Shown here in pieces: positions 28,301 to 41,600 of a stretch of 64,000 bases of DNA. Position numbers and translations under genes: made by a program. This DNA is from Balanoglossus misakiensis (taxonomy: Eukaryota; Animalia; Hemichordata): the NCBI GenBank assembly GCA_040954595.2, contig CM082588.2:7142202-7206201 (forward strand). Reading direction: 5' to 3'. The notes beneath the pieces are model-generated. The model saw nothing but the letters and a program-made list of their open reading frames with translations, was not told where the DNA came from and ran no database searches. Position 1 is the first letter of the stretch. Each line of letters begins with the position of its first letter.

Positions 28301-29006
28301 CAGGCGCTAGCAAGCGACATAGGAGACGCTATTTTTATGCGCGTTCTATATTTGCGTAACACAGAAGCCTTTCTTATCATAATGGTCGGTAAATGGCAAA
28401 CGCGTTCGTTGGGCTCCATGCGTCCAAAAATGCGCATAGCAGACCCGAGCCTTCGTCGTCAGTTTGGACACAGCGTACACAGTTCAATAGAGTTTGTTCG
28501 GTGTTTATGTCACCGAGTGGGTACCTCGAGTCGCTTAGGTATGCAGGTATTCAAGACAGAGGGGCGAATTTGATGTCAGTATTTCTATAAAAGGCCGTGT
28601 GCTAGCTGGCCGTGTCATTCAAAACACACCGCTCTCTATACAACACCTATTTAATGGGTGCGGCCAGCCTCGAATAAATACTCAATGACTGTAAGCCCTA
28701 AGCGTGGTTGCCGGTACACGTTATACAGTCAGATCAGAGTGTTAAACCGTCTCCACACGTTCGTAGTCAGAAAAAAAAAATCGCAAACAGTTCCATATGA
28801 AATTCGAGTCACAGCGGTCTTAACACGCACGCTTTGAACTGTATAGTGTAGGGCTGGCCTATAATACAGGTATAAAGCCCCCATCACATATAATACTGAA
28901 ATTCAGCTGAAAAGATTATCGGAAATTATTGCCTGTGTCACAAACATTAATCGGAACAAGTTCCCCATACCTTCACGAAAAGCTCAATGTCCGTTTGGTC
29001 CGACAT
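22400..29006 (-). CDS. DHAR/CLIC-like protein C, 226 aa, 4 exons: 29006-28971, 25312-25011, 24482-24293, 22552-22400
   Basis: Continuous 681-nt frame: MSDQTDIELFVK|ASSTDGRSLGDCPFSHRIQMILYLKG...FHKFAA|VLKNRD...DCNLLPKLYHLKVAAKHFK|DFEIPDEL...EIIDGWADHLGVPVKRRR*. Confidence 0.92.
23412..23853. mobile_element. Double-hairpin (foldback) repeat element
   Basis: A ~200-nt palindrome (23412-23608) has perfect 32-nt arms at 23467-23498 and 23514-23545. A second inverted pair follows at ~23611-23635 and ~23829-23853. An arm fragment recurs at ~7146-7193. Confidence 0.7.
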
Positions 29007-30917
29007 ATTGGTCAAATTTCCACAGTTGGCAGTTTAGCGTGCGCGTCGTCCGTTGGCGTTCAGCGTTAATGCAGCGAAACGCATCACTTCATTCGGAAGG
29101 CCACCCAGCCTCGTTTTCGGCCACCCCTTATGAATAATTCCTTTCACTTATTTCAAAATGGCGGAAACACTGGCAAACACATGTCAGTCATGACACACAT
29201 ACCAGTCGAGTGTGTCGGTCTCGCCCCCTTTCATGAATCTTTATCGTAATTTAAACATATGGCGGCAAATTATTGACACATATGGAGAACTTGTAAACGA
29301 ATATTCGTATTAAACTAGACAAAATTTAACTATAGACATGCCATGATTTAGGATTGGCCCTAACAACCGGCTTGGCAGTTCCGTTCCACATAAAACGGGA
29401 ATTGAATAACGAGTCGTGGAAAGAAATATGTCTTGTTCACTTGCGTGCAAAGTTTCATAGGAAACCAAGCTTTGGTGTTTAGACACAATAGAATCGGAAG
29501 TTCATAATTATAAGTTTCGAAACCCGATAATTGTTGAAGTAATGTCTGGCAATTTTCCGGATTCAACTATCGGATGCGCATTTGAAATATTAGGCTACCT
29601 GACAAAAACTACGTAATAATACAAGGTGATTTTCACTCTATTTTGGCTGCAACTTTTTCTCTCGTCTGTACAATTTTATGCATTAGAGTACCAGTATACG
29701 CGGCTGACTAAGCAGTTCAATTGATATGGGCATATGGGCATACACAGGCTACAATTATATGGAGTACCTCGGGGCTCTGTTATATGATCTTTACAGTTTG
29801 CAGCAGTCAACACTTCAACACTCAGACAGCTTAGCCGCAGTTTCGTCAATTTCGCTGACGATAATCAACGTCTGCTTGTCTCTAAAATCCACTATAACCT
29901 CCGCAATATTTTCTATTACAGGAGTTCTCAATCAAAGATATTGTGATATAAAAAAGAAAATAAATCATGTTAATTTGTTCCCAATATAATCGTTTGCCGT
30001 CGCCTCTCACCAACATCAACATCTGTTCAAGCGTTATCGAAACTTCATCATCTTCAAGAAACATTGATGGCATTTTCTTCTCCGCAGAATTAAATGAATC
30101 AGAATATTCTTGTCACAGGACAGCCGTGACAGCCATACGTGTTTATGTTGTATATCTTCAAACATTATTGCCATATGCTTTTATTATATGACCGTTGTCT
30201 GCAGTTCTTACAACGTGTTCAAATCACAACAGCTGGAACTGTTATACGAACTAAGAAATCACGGCGGTCGGGTCACATGACCTATTTTTAGTAACTTTCT
30301 TGATATTCAATACCTCATCGTATTCGGTGTTCAGACATTCGCTCATCACATGCAAAGTCATAAATGGACTCTCCTCATTATAGAACACGCAGTAAATTAA
30401 TTTTATTCAACTGCAACCGATGGTCAATGGCAAGATATTGTGATACAAAGACATAACAAATACATCAGCATGTCGTCAGGCAAAATAATGGCATCTTAAA
30501 GGGGTTAGTACGTTAACTATAGGTGCGACAAGTTACCCTAGATAAATTAGTGTGGATCATTGCACGTTCACTGCCCGAGACAGAATCCTTGTGGCAGTTG
30601 CAACAGTGAGGCAAATGTGACTGCGGATATAGAACGGCCTATGTACGTAGTATATATAAAAACAGAAAAAGTTCTGCATCTGACTATATATAGTTTTTGT
30701 GTATTGATATACTGCAGAGGCCGTCCGATATCAGCATCCACGGGCACCTGTGTGCAGTGAGGGATAAACTATGTATCTTGAAGAATTGTGATTCAGGGTT
30801 ATGGTCGTTTATAGGGGGGGGGGGCAATGGCCGAAATGCTCAAGTGGACGTACTAGCAGTCTAGTAGCGAGTGAAGCTGTGACAAAATACGGCTAGATAC
30901 TAGACTAGTGGACTCGA

Positions 30918-33465
30918 CTATTTCATGTGCATGGACCATCCATAGATAACTTCTTCGCCCGGGTACTCGCTGGCTTTGAAGACATCTGTGGCAAAAGCGG
31001 TATCCATGTACTTCTTGAGAGCTTCGCATTCAGCTGGTATCTCGAAATTCTGAAGAGCAAAATAAACAGACAAATTGCTCTACCTGGCGAAAATAAGTAG
31101 CTTGGCGTCGGTAAAGATCAGTGAACAGGCAAACAGTCGCAGATATATATCGGTCATAAAATATAGCTCAGTGCTTTCGCAATTCGTGCTACAGGAAGCT
31201 TACAGTTCGATATTCACTTGTTATTTGCCTTTGTTTGTTTGTTTGTTTGTTTATGAATACATACATACATGGAAGAAATAAAAGTTAAAAGTTAAAATGT
31301 TTGTTTGCTTGCGAATGAAGCTATTTATCGGACAGCAAGACCTTGGCGGGCGAAGATACATAGCATATGCGACTGTGTATCCAACCACAACGTACAGCCG
31401 GCCCTACCAGGCACAGCCAAAGCCAACGAAAAATTTGAACGAGAAAGGCCAGTCCTGGCCAAGCGCATATAACAAAGCACAATTTTTCCTAGAATGGATT
31501 CTTTGCTTTGGGACCAAATGGTACAGGCGATTACCTTGTAATGTTTCCCGGCTATTTTGATGTGATAGAGTTTCGGCAGAATGCTGCAGTCGGGATGTTT
31601 CAGTGTGTCGCCCTCTACAAACTTCCCGGGCGACTTGGCCAGAAAGTCGTTGATTTTCTTGAGTTCTTCCACCAATGGCGCCTTCAGACTCTCATCCTTG
31701 CTGCTGTCTTTGTTCTTCACGAAACTGGATTCAATCGAGAGAGAAAAGCATTAAATTAACTATCTTGTCCTGATGACTTTTAACGGTTATTAGACATCAC
31801 GAATCACAACAAAACGCGAAATGCGTAATACTAGTAGCCAGCTTTGTTATAAACTCACACGAAGTACGTAAGTTATACTTGCTGCCACAGAGGGCGCTTT
31901 TACCGCAGATGGCTCTTTTTAGAGTAATCCTTGATGCAAGTGACAAAACCATGGCATGAACTTCGTCATCGTCCGATTTGCACCGAATTTTAACAGAATT
32001 AAATATAGTTTATCGGAAACGAAGTACCAGAAGTGAGGAACTTGCAATTGTTCACTATATTAGGGTAGTCATACGCAAATTTAGCTGCAGTTACCATGGC
32101 AAATTGAGATAAAGACAATTACAGATTTTTAGTGGGTAGCACACGCGAAAAACAGAGCGCCACCAGATGCTCTTTAAAGCACTCAAATACTAAATTTCAG
32201 CCATATATGGGCTTATGTAAATTGGAGGTGACCGTATACGTTTTAGTTGCCACAGGCTACTACCCGACATGTGCAAGGACCCATTGGAACACCGAATGAG
32301 GCCGCGAATGAAAGCAGACCACTACAAGTACAACTTACGGGATGAACTTCGGATACAGATTGGCGTCAATTTTACACGCTTCGTCGGATGCCTTCATGGC
32401 TGGCTCTGGGTGATCCTTCTCCATCCGTTCACCGATGATGGCCGAGTCGCCGACAACTTCGTCGCCGATTTTCAAAACTGGCACCGTGCCTTTGGAGTAC
32501 ATATCCAAGAACCACTGCGGCTTGTCGTAAGTGTTCACAGTGGTGATCTTGAAGTCTAAACCTTTGACGCGTAGAGTCAAATTGGCTCGGTGAGAAAATG
32601 GACAGTCACCAAGACTTTTGCCATCTTTGCCTGCCTGTATTAAAAGAATAACGTAAAGGTTAAAGACATTTTCAAATGTATTTAATTATATAAATATTGA
32701 GATTATAATATTATCAAAATGAGCTTCTTTGAAGGAGAAAGTGGTTCCGTCGTCGTCATCATGATCATGATCATCATGATCATGATCATCATCATCATCA
32801 TCACCATGATCATCATCATCATCATCATCATCACTGATCATCATCACCACCACCACCACCACCATCACCAAATTGCCCCCCCCCCAAGAAGACTATTCCC
32901 CGTATTTTGGCTTTTTGCTTGCCTACCCCCGATCATAATAACTGAGCTCTCCCTTAAATTTCTAACTGCGTGAAAACACGGCTTGAGTTGTAGGACCCTC
33001 AGTACTTTGCGCACTTTTGTATTTCTGGTATATTTCATGGTCGACAAACTTACATAATTTTACTTTTCAGCTATAGGACATGAATGTTCAATGGAGTATG
33101 GAGGGGTATCAACCAACCACATAATAAGTTTGACCTTGAAATGTCGGCTGGTCAATACGTGTCACTGCAGTCCATGCCTCTCCCTTCGCTTCTCATGCGC
33201 GTAGACCTTCCAAACGAGCCTTCGAAACTATTTCAAAGACCATATCCTATTTCATGGGCGATAGTGGTAGCACTATTTTCTATTTATGCCCACAATACTT
33301 GTGCGGCTTATCCAGGCTAGCCATGGAGCGACTTGTTCAACCCCGTTGACACTGACATGACACAGCGAATATTTTCTCTACAAACACTACATAGAATTCG
33401 TTGTCTGAAGGTGTCCGAAACGACGCATACACATGACCTACCTTGACGAATAGTTCTAACGCCAT
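30918..33465 (-). CDS. DHAR-like protein D, 213 aa, 4 exons: 33465-33442, 32634-32339, 31724-31535, 31049-30918
   Basis: Continuous 642-nt frame: MALELFVK|AGKDGKSLGDCPFSHRANLTLRVKGLDFKITTVNTYDKPQWFLDMYSKGTVPVLKIGDEVVGDS...|FVKNKD...DCSILPKLYHIKIAGKHYK|NFEIPAEC...EEVIYGWSMHMK*. Confidence 0.92.
32750..32870. repeat. (CAT)n/(CAC)n microsatellite in intron 1 of gene D
   Basis: Read directly. Confidence 0.9.
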
Positions 33466-35159
33466 TTTGCTTATCTCAGGTAATCTTCTGACGAAATTGG
33501 CCAGAGTCGAAACCAAGGGTGTGCTTGCTCGACTGCGTGGTAAGCGTCACTCTCCCACGACAAAGACAATACGCAAAACCAACAACCGTGTTTACGTAAC
33601 GGTATTCTAATATCAATTGTTGACAATGGTTGTGTCTCAACCTGTTTGGCATACAGCTTTTAGAAGCTAATCGTTTGATTCTTCATATTTATTCTCGACT
33701 TCTGTGTTTGCGGTAGCCACGCGCCAACGCTGGTACAAATACCAGTAAACGTCTTCAATGAAAAGTTGTTGATGACGGACAACGGATATATTTCAGTTTT
33801 ACCAAACAAGATTATCAAGAGCATTTCCTAAAAGTTTTTACAGTGTAGCCACGCAGGCGTTGTCATGTCACCTGTTAAAACACAAAGCCCAATTGGCTAA
33901 TTACTTAGTTTAGTTTTATCAGTTTAGTTTTTATGGATACAATGGATCTGCCAATCAGAACACATTCATTCAGCTAATTAGCATCACAGAAACTGCGCTA
34001 TCCCATAATTCTTTAGGCACCCTCGTCATAGTCACTAATCTGAGGCATAGCTCCTCTTTCCATTTTGTATTTTGGCAGAATTCTTAGTCAATTATGTTTG
34101 GTGTCAAGATCATGATTTACCCCGTGATCTAACATGTAAGAAAGTACAACTACAGCACAGAGATTCAATTAATTCATATTATGTTTTTAATATAAATTAG
34201 TGGACCAACCTGGGCCCAAACAGTGAATAGAAATATTGAGTTTTGTAAGTATACTTTTTTTGCAGGAAAGTGCAACTTTTCAGTTGCATAAACCCAACAT
34301 TTCAGCAGTTTTCGTATTACAATACATCTGTTATAATTTGCTAGTCAGAAGTTTGACTAAAATTTCAATAAAATCTGTCAAGATATGTTGAAAAGCTTTC
34401 CTATTTCTTTGATCTGGGCATGTTATTATCACACAGGGCCCTTTGCCTCATTCACGGACACTGTGACAGTGTTAATCTCAAACTGTGGCCTTCTCTGTTT
34501 TCTTGATGAATGGATTTCCACTGAAGTAAAGAAGAGGGGCTTTTTGCTTCTCCTTGTGGATCAATGGAGTTTCTCTCGGCCAATACAATGAGCGCTTGTT
34601 CTGATGACCTTTGACCCAATTCCGAGGTCAAATCTGCATCCAGTCCTTACCACACAAAATCATGTAGCCAGTATCATCAATTCTGCAACAGTGCACAGCC
34701 TACTAGTATTGAGTGGTTGGACGAACAGACCCATAGCAACATATATAATCATTGGCTCAATTAGATGATCTCTCTGTTTAAAAATATTTAATTTATTTGC
34801 TACAAAATATGTACATTGTACATGCCATGGTACCATTGACATTGAGTAAAATATTTCTTTCTGAATGCCCAAGAGTTTGTATTACTAGTAACACTGAACG
34901 GACACGAGCCCAGATATGGCATTGCAGACTTGAGCAGCGCCCTCTATGGCCAGATGTAGTACGCAGGCTGCAGTTGCAAGACTGTTATTCTGGATATGGT
35001 CACCTTTATCTATGAAGAACAAATAATTCTGAAAGATTTCCAATAAATGTAACGACGTAATACATTCCAAAGAAATCACACAGCCACCACAAATTGATTT
35101 CAAACTGTCAAATAAATTTAATCCTTCCGATTTCTTCTAAGACTTGATGGCATTGTTCT

Positions 35160-35561
35160 TCATAATACGTTTGAACGTTTTGATATCAGTTTCTGCCACT
35201 GTTGGATGATGACTTGGTCGAGCCTCAAACACTGGGATTCCATATCAGGCAAATATTTAGCTTCTTCAGATCTGAAATCAAACCAGCAAAATATTTAAAG
35301 TTCCATACAGCACTTGGCTAACTGCTCATTCTATATGTCATGAATTGTACCCAAATCTTGCGTTTTGCTTGATCAAAAGTTTTATTCTTACCTGAGGAAA
35401 GTTTCCTTTTTCTTGAGAAGATGACCAATCTGCATACTATCCATCTTTGTATCAATCTGTCTAAAATGCAACCAATTTGTAACAGCTTGTTGCAGTCTGC
35501 CAAGTTGTAGCAACAACAGTGTGTGGTTGTATACTGCGTCCTGATTGTCTAGATTCAGAAA

Positions 35562-35608
<47 letters not shown>

Positions 35609-38600
35609 AATTGTTAAACATACATGTACAAACAACATTTGTTATCTATTGAGTGGAGTGAACAGCAGAATTAATTCACAGACACACTTTGCATGATAGT
35701 TTACGACAGCTTGTTGTCACATAAATTTGAGCTGGATATCTCAAAGCTTTAACATTGAGAAAACTGTTATTTAAATTGCTTGTCACATGATAGTTGTGTA
35801 AACAATGGTCACAGTGAGGTAACCAAAATGTTCCCCTACATCTAAGCTTTCAGAAAATATATACATTTAGGGGATTCTGAGCTCAATAATGACCAGAGAA
35901 ATGTTTATTCCAAAGAGAGAATTTCTTATTCTGGAACCTTAAATACATCATAAGAATAATACTGACCTTTATTGCACTGAATACTTAATAGAAGTATTTT
36001 CAGAGCTTCTTGAAGTTTTCCACAGCTGATTAGAATCATAGCTTTGTTGTTATAAGCCATGGACTTTATGCATAGTAGATGTGGCACTGAATTCTTGTTG
36101 GTTAGTTCAGTCACCTTGTCTCCATCTGAAATATAATCATTTGATAATCACTGCGTTGGTATACATTAGATTGTTCAATTTTTGGTCCATCCTATTGTTT
36201 CCATGGTATTTGGTGAACTTGTGCATGGTGTTTTATTTCAGATGTTAAATATCAGACAGTCATACCCGGGGCACTTAATCCAACTAACAGTTTAGTCTGG
36301 TTGATTGTGAGCAAGATGCACTAGTTGAAGAGTATTGCGTAGCAGACGCACATAATAGGTTGTATGACCAAATTTTTAAAGAATTCTGCAATTTTATACA
36401 GCAATAGAACTTTTTTTAAATGTCATTTGCACATATAGTCAAACCTGTGTTAGTGGCCACCTCTGTAGAGTGGCCATGTTGATACAGTCTCTTTACAATT
36501 TATCTGTGTATTATTAATAGTCTATAATTTCAATGGCAATCTTAACCTGAATTGAGTCGTCTTCTTTTGTAATCCTTGCTGTCTGTTGTCTGTGTGTCTT
36601 CATCCTCACCCGTCACATCAGAGAGTATCTGGCACACATCATCCAAGCATCTCAGAGCGTCGTCGACCTCCTCCATCTTCACAAACGCTTCGGCCCGCAT
36701 CATCAAAACCGACGCGACGTTCGCTAACCTCGCCTCCTCCTCGCCCGGCGTCGCCGCGTCGTCGCTTCTGAAGCGTTTCCTTGACGACTGGCTCAAGCTC
36801 AGACTGCCATCGGAATCTTGGGTCACTCCATCACGGACGTTCGGAAGTAGAGTGTCGTCGGGCATGGACTGTACCAACAGTTCAGAGTCCGACCCTTCGA
36901 TCTGGCTAATAACATTCAGTTTGTTGTCATCCCTGTATGTCACTTTGGACAGAATCTGATCAGCTACAACAACAGCATCGCTCTCTTTCTCACTCAGAAG
37001 CAATGCAGACACTGTTTCACTGTAAATTGTTGTAATATCTGGAAGATTCACTTCTCCTTTTAATCCGGGATAAATCTGAAAATTAAAAGAATCAACTGAT
37101 GCTTAAGGAAATCTTATTTAAATTCTTCTAAGATGTGACAGAAAATTTATGATGCATATTGAAGTTTAATGGGATTCACGCAAGTTCAACTCATCATCTT
37201 TTACTAGACTGTAAGGTACAGTTGTTTTAAAGGGACAAAGTCTCCCTCTCGCTGCCCTGTTCCCATTATAATTATGTTTGGTACAAGACACCGTTTATGT
37301 TATTCTACATGTGGATATACAGTGAATGAACGTTCGACCACACACAACTTCCATCCCGTCTGTAGGATATGAGAGTAAAAATCTCGCCAAAATGGATAAA
37401 CGGTAGAGACTGATTATTTATGACTCTTTAAGGGCACTCCATACTGCCAGCGCCCTCAAGTGGCAGTATCTTGCAGTCTACATTTTTACCTGTATAACAG
37501 CACTGTCCATGATAAAGGCCATTAAGTCAAGGTACCTCTGCGATGCTACATCATAACTGAAAGACAAAAAGATAATGTTCACATGCTCGAGTTGTGAAAT
37601 ATCATTTATGTTTTAATCACAGACAATCTGATGTATATAACGCGTACATGTATAGGCCATTTTCATGACCCCTACATGATCTCAAGCTTCTGTCAGTATG
37701 AATCCATCAGTCTGATCAAAAACTCTACAAAACTCTAGTCAATGAATTGTGTACTGAATTACCAAGAAACTGTTTTTCAAGCAATATTTTCACACATTTC
37801 ACGTAAAATGTTGAATTTTGACAACCCCATACCAACAGAAGTACAAGGCTGTAGGGGTCATGAAAATTACCTATTGGTGTATGTGTGTGTGTGTCACCAT
37901 AGAACTACATGAAGTCTACATACCGTTGTAGATCTAGGCATCTTCGGGCCATGATATACAAGAGGGTGGCTCTCTTCAATTGGCCGGTTGATTTTGATAA
38001 TTTCACTGAATAGTATTCCCCACACAAAGACCTGTCGTCCAGAACCATCACTAAATCTTGCTTTCTGTCTCTGGCATTGTGGGTCTTCATGTTTTCCAGT
38101 GTCTTTACGGAATAGAATTCAAGAACAATATATTACTTCAATAACAGTTATGAGCCAAGATGCACTGTCTGAATAGAACGACCTGCAGGAAATGTTAATT
38201 GCGTTGGAAATTTGTCTCTTAGCAGTGTCCAGTTGAAGAAAATGTTTATTGTATAGGTACATTGTAGTGGACCGAGTGAATCATTTGTTTAGCGCTATAT
38301 GTATCACAGACTCAAGGGTTACAACACTGCACATGATCAAATCTTTCTACACTGTTATCAAATATTTCACCAAACAAAGGGCCAAACAACTTGTCTAGAG
38401 TTTTGATATATTTATACACACAACTGCAGAAGTGTTTGTCGTAATCAAGTATGAGTAAATTTACTATCATTTCAAAAAGACAAAGAACTTCTTAGTGTAC
38501 ACATATTTCACACTGGACTGAACTTTTTCTCATGTCAAATTCTTACACTTGCACGATTCACAAACCAAATTCACCACCAATATACACTATACTCACAGTT

Positions 38601-41600
38601 ATTAGTAAATTCCATGTTTCAAGTTCTGCGTCGTACCATCGTAACTGTTTATACTGAATTGCAATGTTGTACATGGCAGACAAATTATCAAAATTGTCCT
38701 GTAGAGCCTTGGAGAAGTGATGAATAGATGTCTGGTGTTTGCTCTTTAATTAAAAACAAAATCAAATAAGTATTCTCGCCAAAATGAATCATCGGTCTCT
38801 ACTGTTTATTCATTTTGGCAAGATTTTTATTCTCATATCCTACAAATGGGATGGAAGTTGTGTGTGGTCGTCGCGCTGCATGGGTGTCCCCCTTGATGAG
38901 AATATGTCCTCCCATACCAGCGCAAACCCCACTGCAGTTGCCACAACCTACTAGGATATTCAGATGCTGTCATGCCCAGTCTACACTACAGTTGGCTGCT
39001 TCGTTCATTCTAAGAATTCTCTAATTTCAGGGATTTGTGGATGAATTGTAATGTTTATAAACAAACGCGGCGCGACGACCCCTTCACTTTAAAACTCAAT
39101 AAAGAAAGACTTCTTTTATCTTGGATTGGATTGGAAATTTTACCTGTTTAGCTAAACAGCATCCCAATAACGTCTCAACCATGGATGAATATTGTGGAGT
39201 TGCACCAACAGAAGCTGTTGTTTCTAGAATGTTTTGTAAAATGTAGGTTGGTCCTTGGAAATGTCCATCTTGATATTGCAGATATGCTGAAATGAGAACA
39301 ATATAGGAGGTGATCTTTGAAATGTGAAAACAACTACTCAACGCATAGCTAAACCAACAAATAAACAGTGAAATTAAATTAATAAAATAACTTCATCAAT
39401 TAATTCAAATTCAATCAATCATTTATTTATAATTTTACAAAGCCACATTTATTTTAATATAACATGGAAACACTGACAAACACTGCGTTTTCACAAAATT
39501 CAGCATCTGAACATTTATGTGAAGTTACTTTGGAACAAAATCACAATCCATTCACATTAATTTCTCTACACAAATGGGACTAAGTGTCATAGTATGATAA
39601 ATTACAAAGTAAGATTTCGGATTTCTAGTTCTCCATACCTTGCATGTATTTTGCAGTCAGCCATAATGCTATGTGGTTTGAATTCTTGGGGAAATTTGCA
39701 CTCATTTCCTTACAGCCAGACTTGTCTCCTTTACTGTAGTGATTCCATAATTGGACGAGCTTCAACACATCAAATACGAAATTATCTGCAAAACAAAAAC
39801 GGAAAACAGTATGTTATTACTATTGTGTATCTATTTTTTGTGAAATTTCAGGCTACTTCCATCTTATGAGGAAATTGAATTAAAATAGAAAACTGGCATC
39901 TATTTTAATCTTACCCATCTACACATTACTTTTTACTGAAACAATATGCACAGTGACCCTCGTTTTTTTTCTTGCTTATAAAGTTTACAATTATTTTGAT
40001 CAAATACTACATAGCCAATAATTTGCCAAGTGTTTGAAAACCAAAGCCAAACAAACAACAGTAGCACGGCAAATGAACTATAGGGGGCGCTAGTGACCTT
40101 AGCACGCCATCACAGGTGGTTTTCAGGTTGCCAAATTTTATTGATTCGTTGAGACAAATAGACAATTGGTGACCATAACGACCGATTATACAAAAATAAA
40201 GAACTGTATTTCACGTTCATATCTGGTTCAGCTTTTACCTCAGACTTGTGTTGTCATTTGTAATTAAATTTAGACCTGTCGTATTTTTAGCGGATATTAT
40301 TCCATTAAAATTTTTGATAAAAATGTTTTTTTATTTTTTATTTATGAGTCATGTGCCCCATATTTTCTTTCATCAATGTCGAACAGTAACACGGCAGGAC
40401 ATTTGAAACAATGTCTGTACACACACAAAACAACTTGAAGGACCATTCATGCAAATACGCTTATTGACTTTGTCCAATCTCCAAGGACTTCACCAAGGCC
40501 AAAGTTATTTTCAGTACAAAAGTCTTGCGCTGTCCTTGTCTTGTTAAGGACAGGTGATAGGAATACGAAATCTTATGTAAACTACACCTTCATCTTTACA
40601 TGACCGTCACATACTAGCAAACAATGTGTACTTGCAAACAGTTTGTCAAAACTACTGGTACGCTCAATAACCCCAATAACTTCTGGCTATTATTTCGGTA
40701 TTTTACTTACATATCAACTCCGGTTACTTGTTCTACTCTGGATAGCTTTATCAAATATTCAGGCTTTAGCTTCTCAACGAAAAGCCTGTATATATGTGTC
40801 ATGGACATCCAATGTAAAAGCACCTTGCTGAACCTCACAGCACATTAAAGGAAAAACCATGAACAAGTATCGCACACAGTGACTAGTAAGTTCCTCCTCA
40901 TCTGGGCTTTAAGAAATATACACATGTATATTTTTGGGATTTCAGACTGCAATCATTGACAGAAAACTAGAATTTCTGAAAGTGTCTGTCTGTGTGTGCT
41001 TTGTATAATTTTGGTTTTCAATGACAGACTTTGGATACACTAATGCAGAGTCTTTATGTTGTAAACATCTCTCAGAAATGTAACTGAGCTCAAGGGTAGC
41101 CAACCAAATTTCAAATATTGGTGACACAATCCAGTGGGTATAGTGTTTAACTGGAGTTGGTTCCCTTTCAGGGAAAAGAAGTGAGTTGTTTTTGCCTGCT
41201 GCCATTTGTTACTGACCTCTACACACGGTCACATCAGCGACCTTGGTCTATACCTACAACATCATCCATGTTGTTATAATTACATAATGTACATACAACT
41301 AACATGGTTCAAGATGTACTGGTACATTTGACGTATATCATCCATACCTGGCATGATGAGATCAATGTATACAAAATAGCACACATTTTGTTCTGATTTT
41401 ACACCACATAAATGGATAGTTCTGAAGAGAAAAGGTGCACCCAGTACATTTCATGAAGACATCTATTACGTCCAGTGTAAAATGTTTATGAACAATGTAT
41501 ACATTGCCCTGAGCAGCTAAGGATAAGGACAGGTTAAGGTCAAGCTATGTAGTTGACCATGATACAAGCAAACATTGATCAATTGTTGCACACATGTACA

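Noticed and set aside
39287-39348. Upstream acceptor extending the FANCG exon (YALSSCFH...)
   Set aside because: It is the wrong phase for the preceding exon; the acceptor at 39287 keeps the frame.
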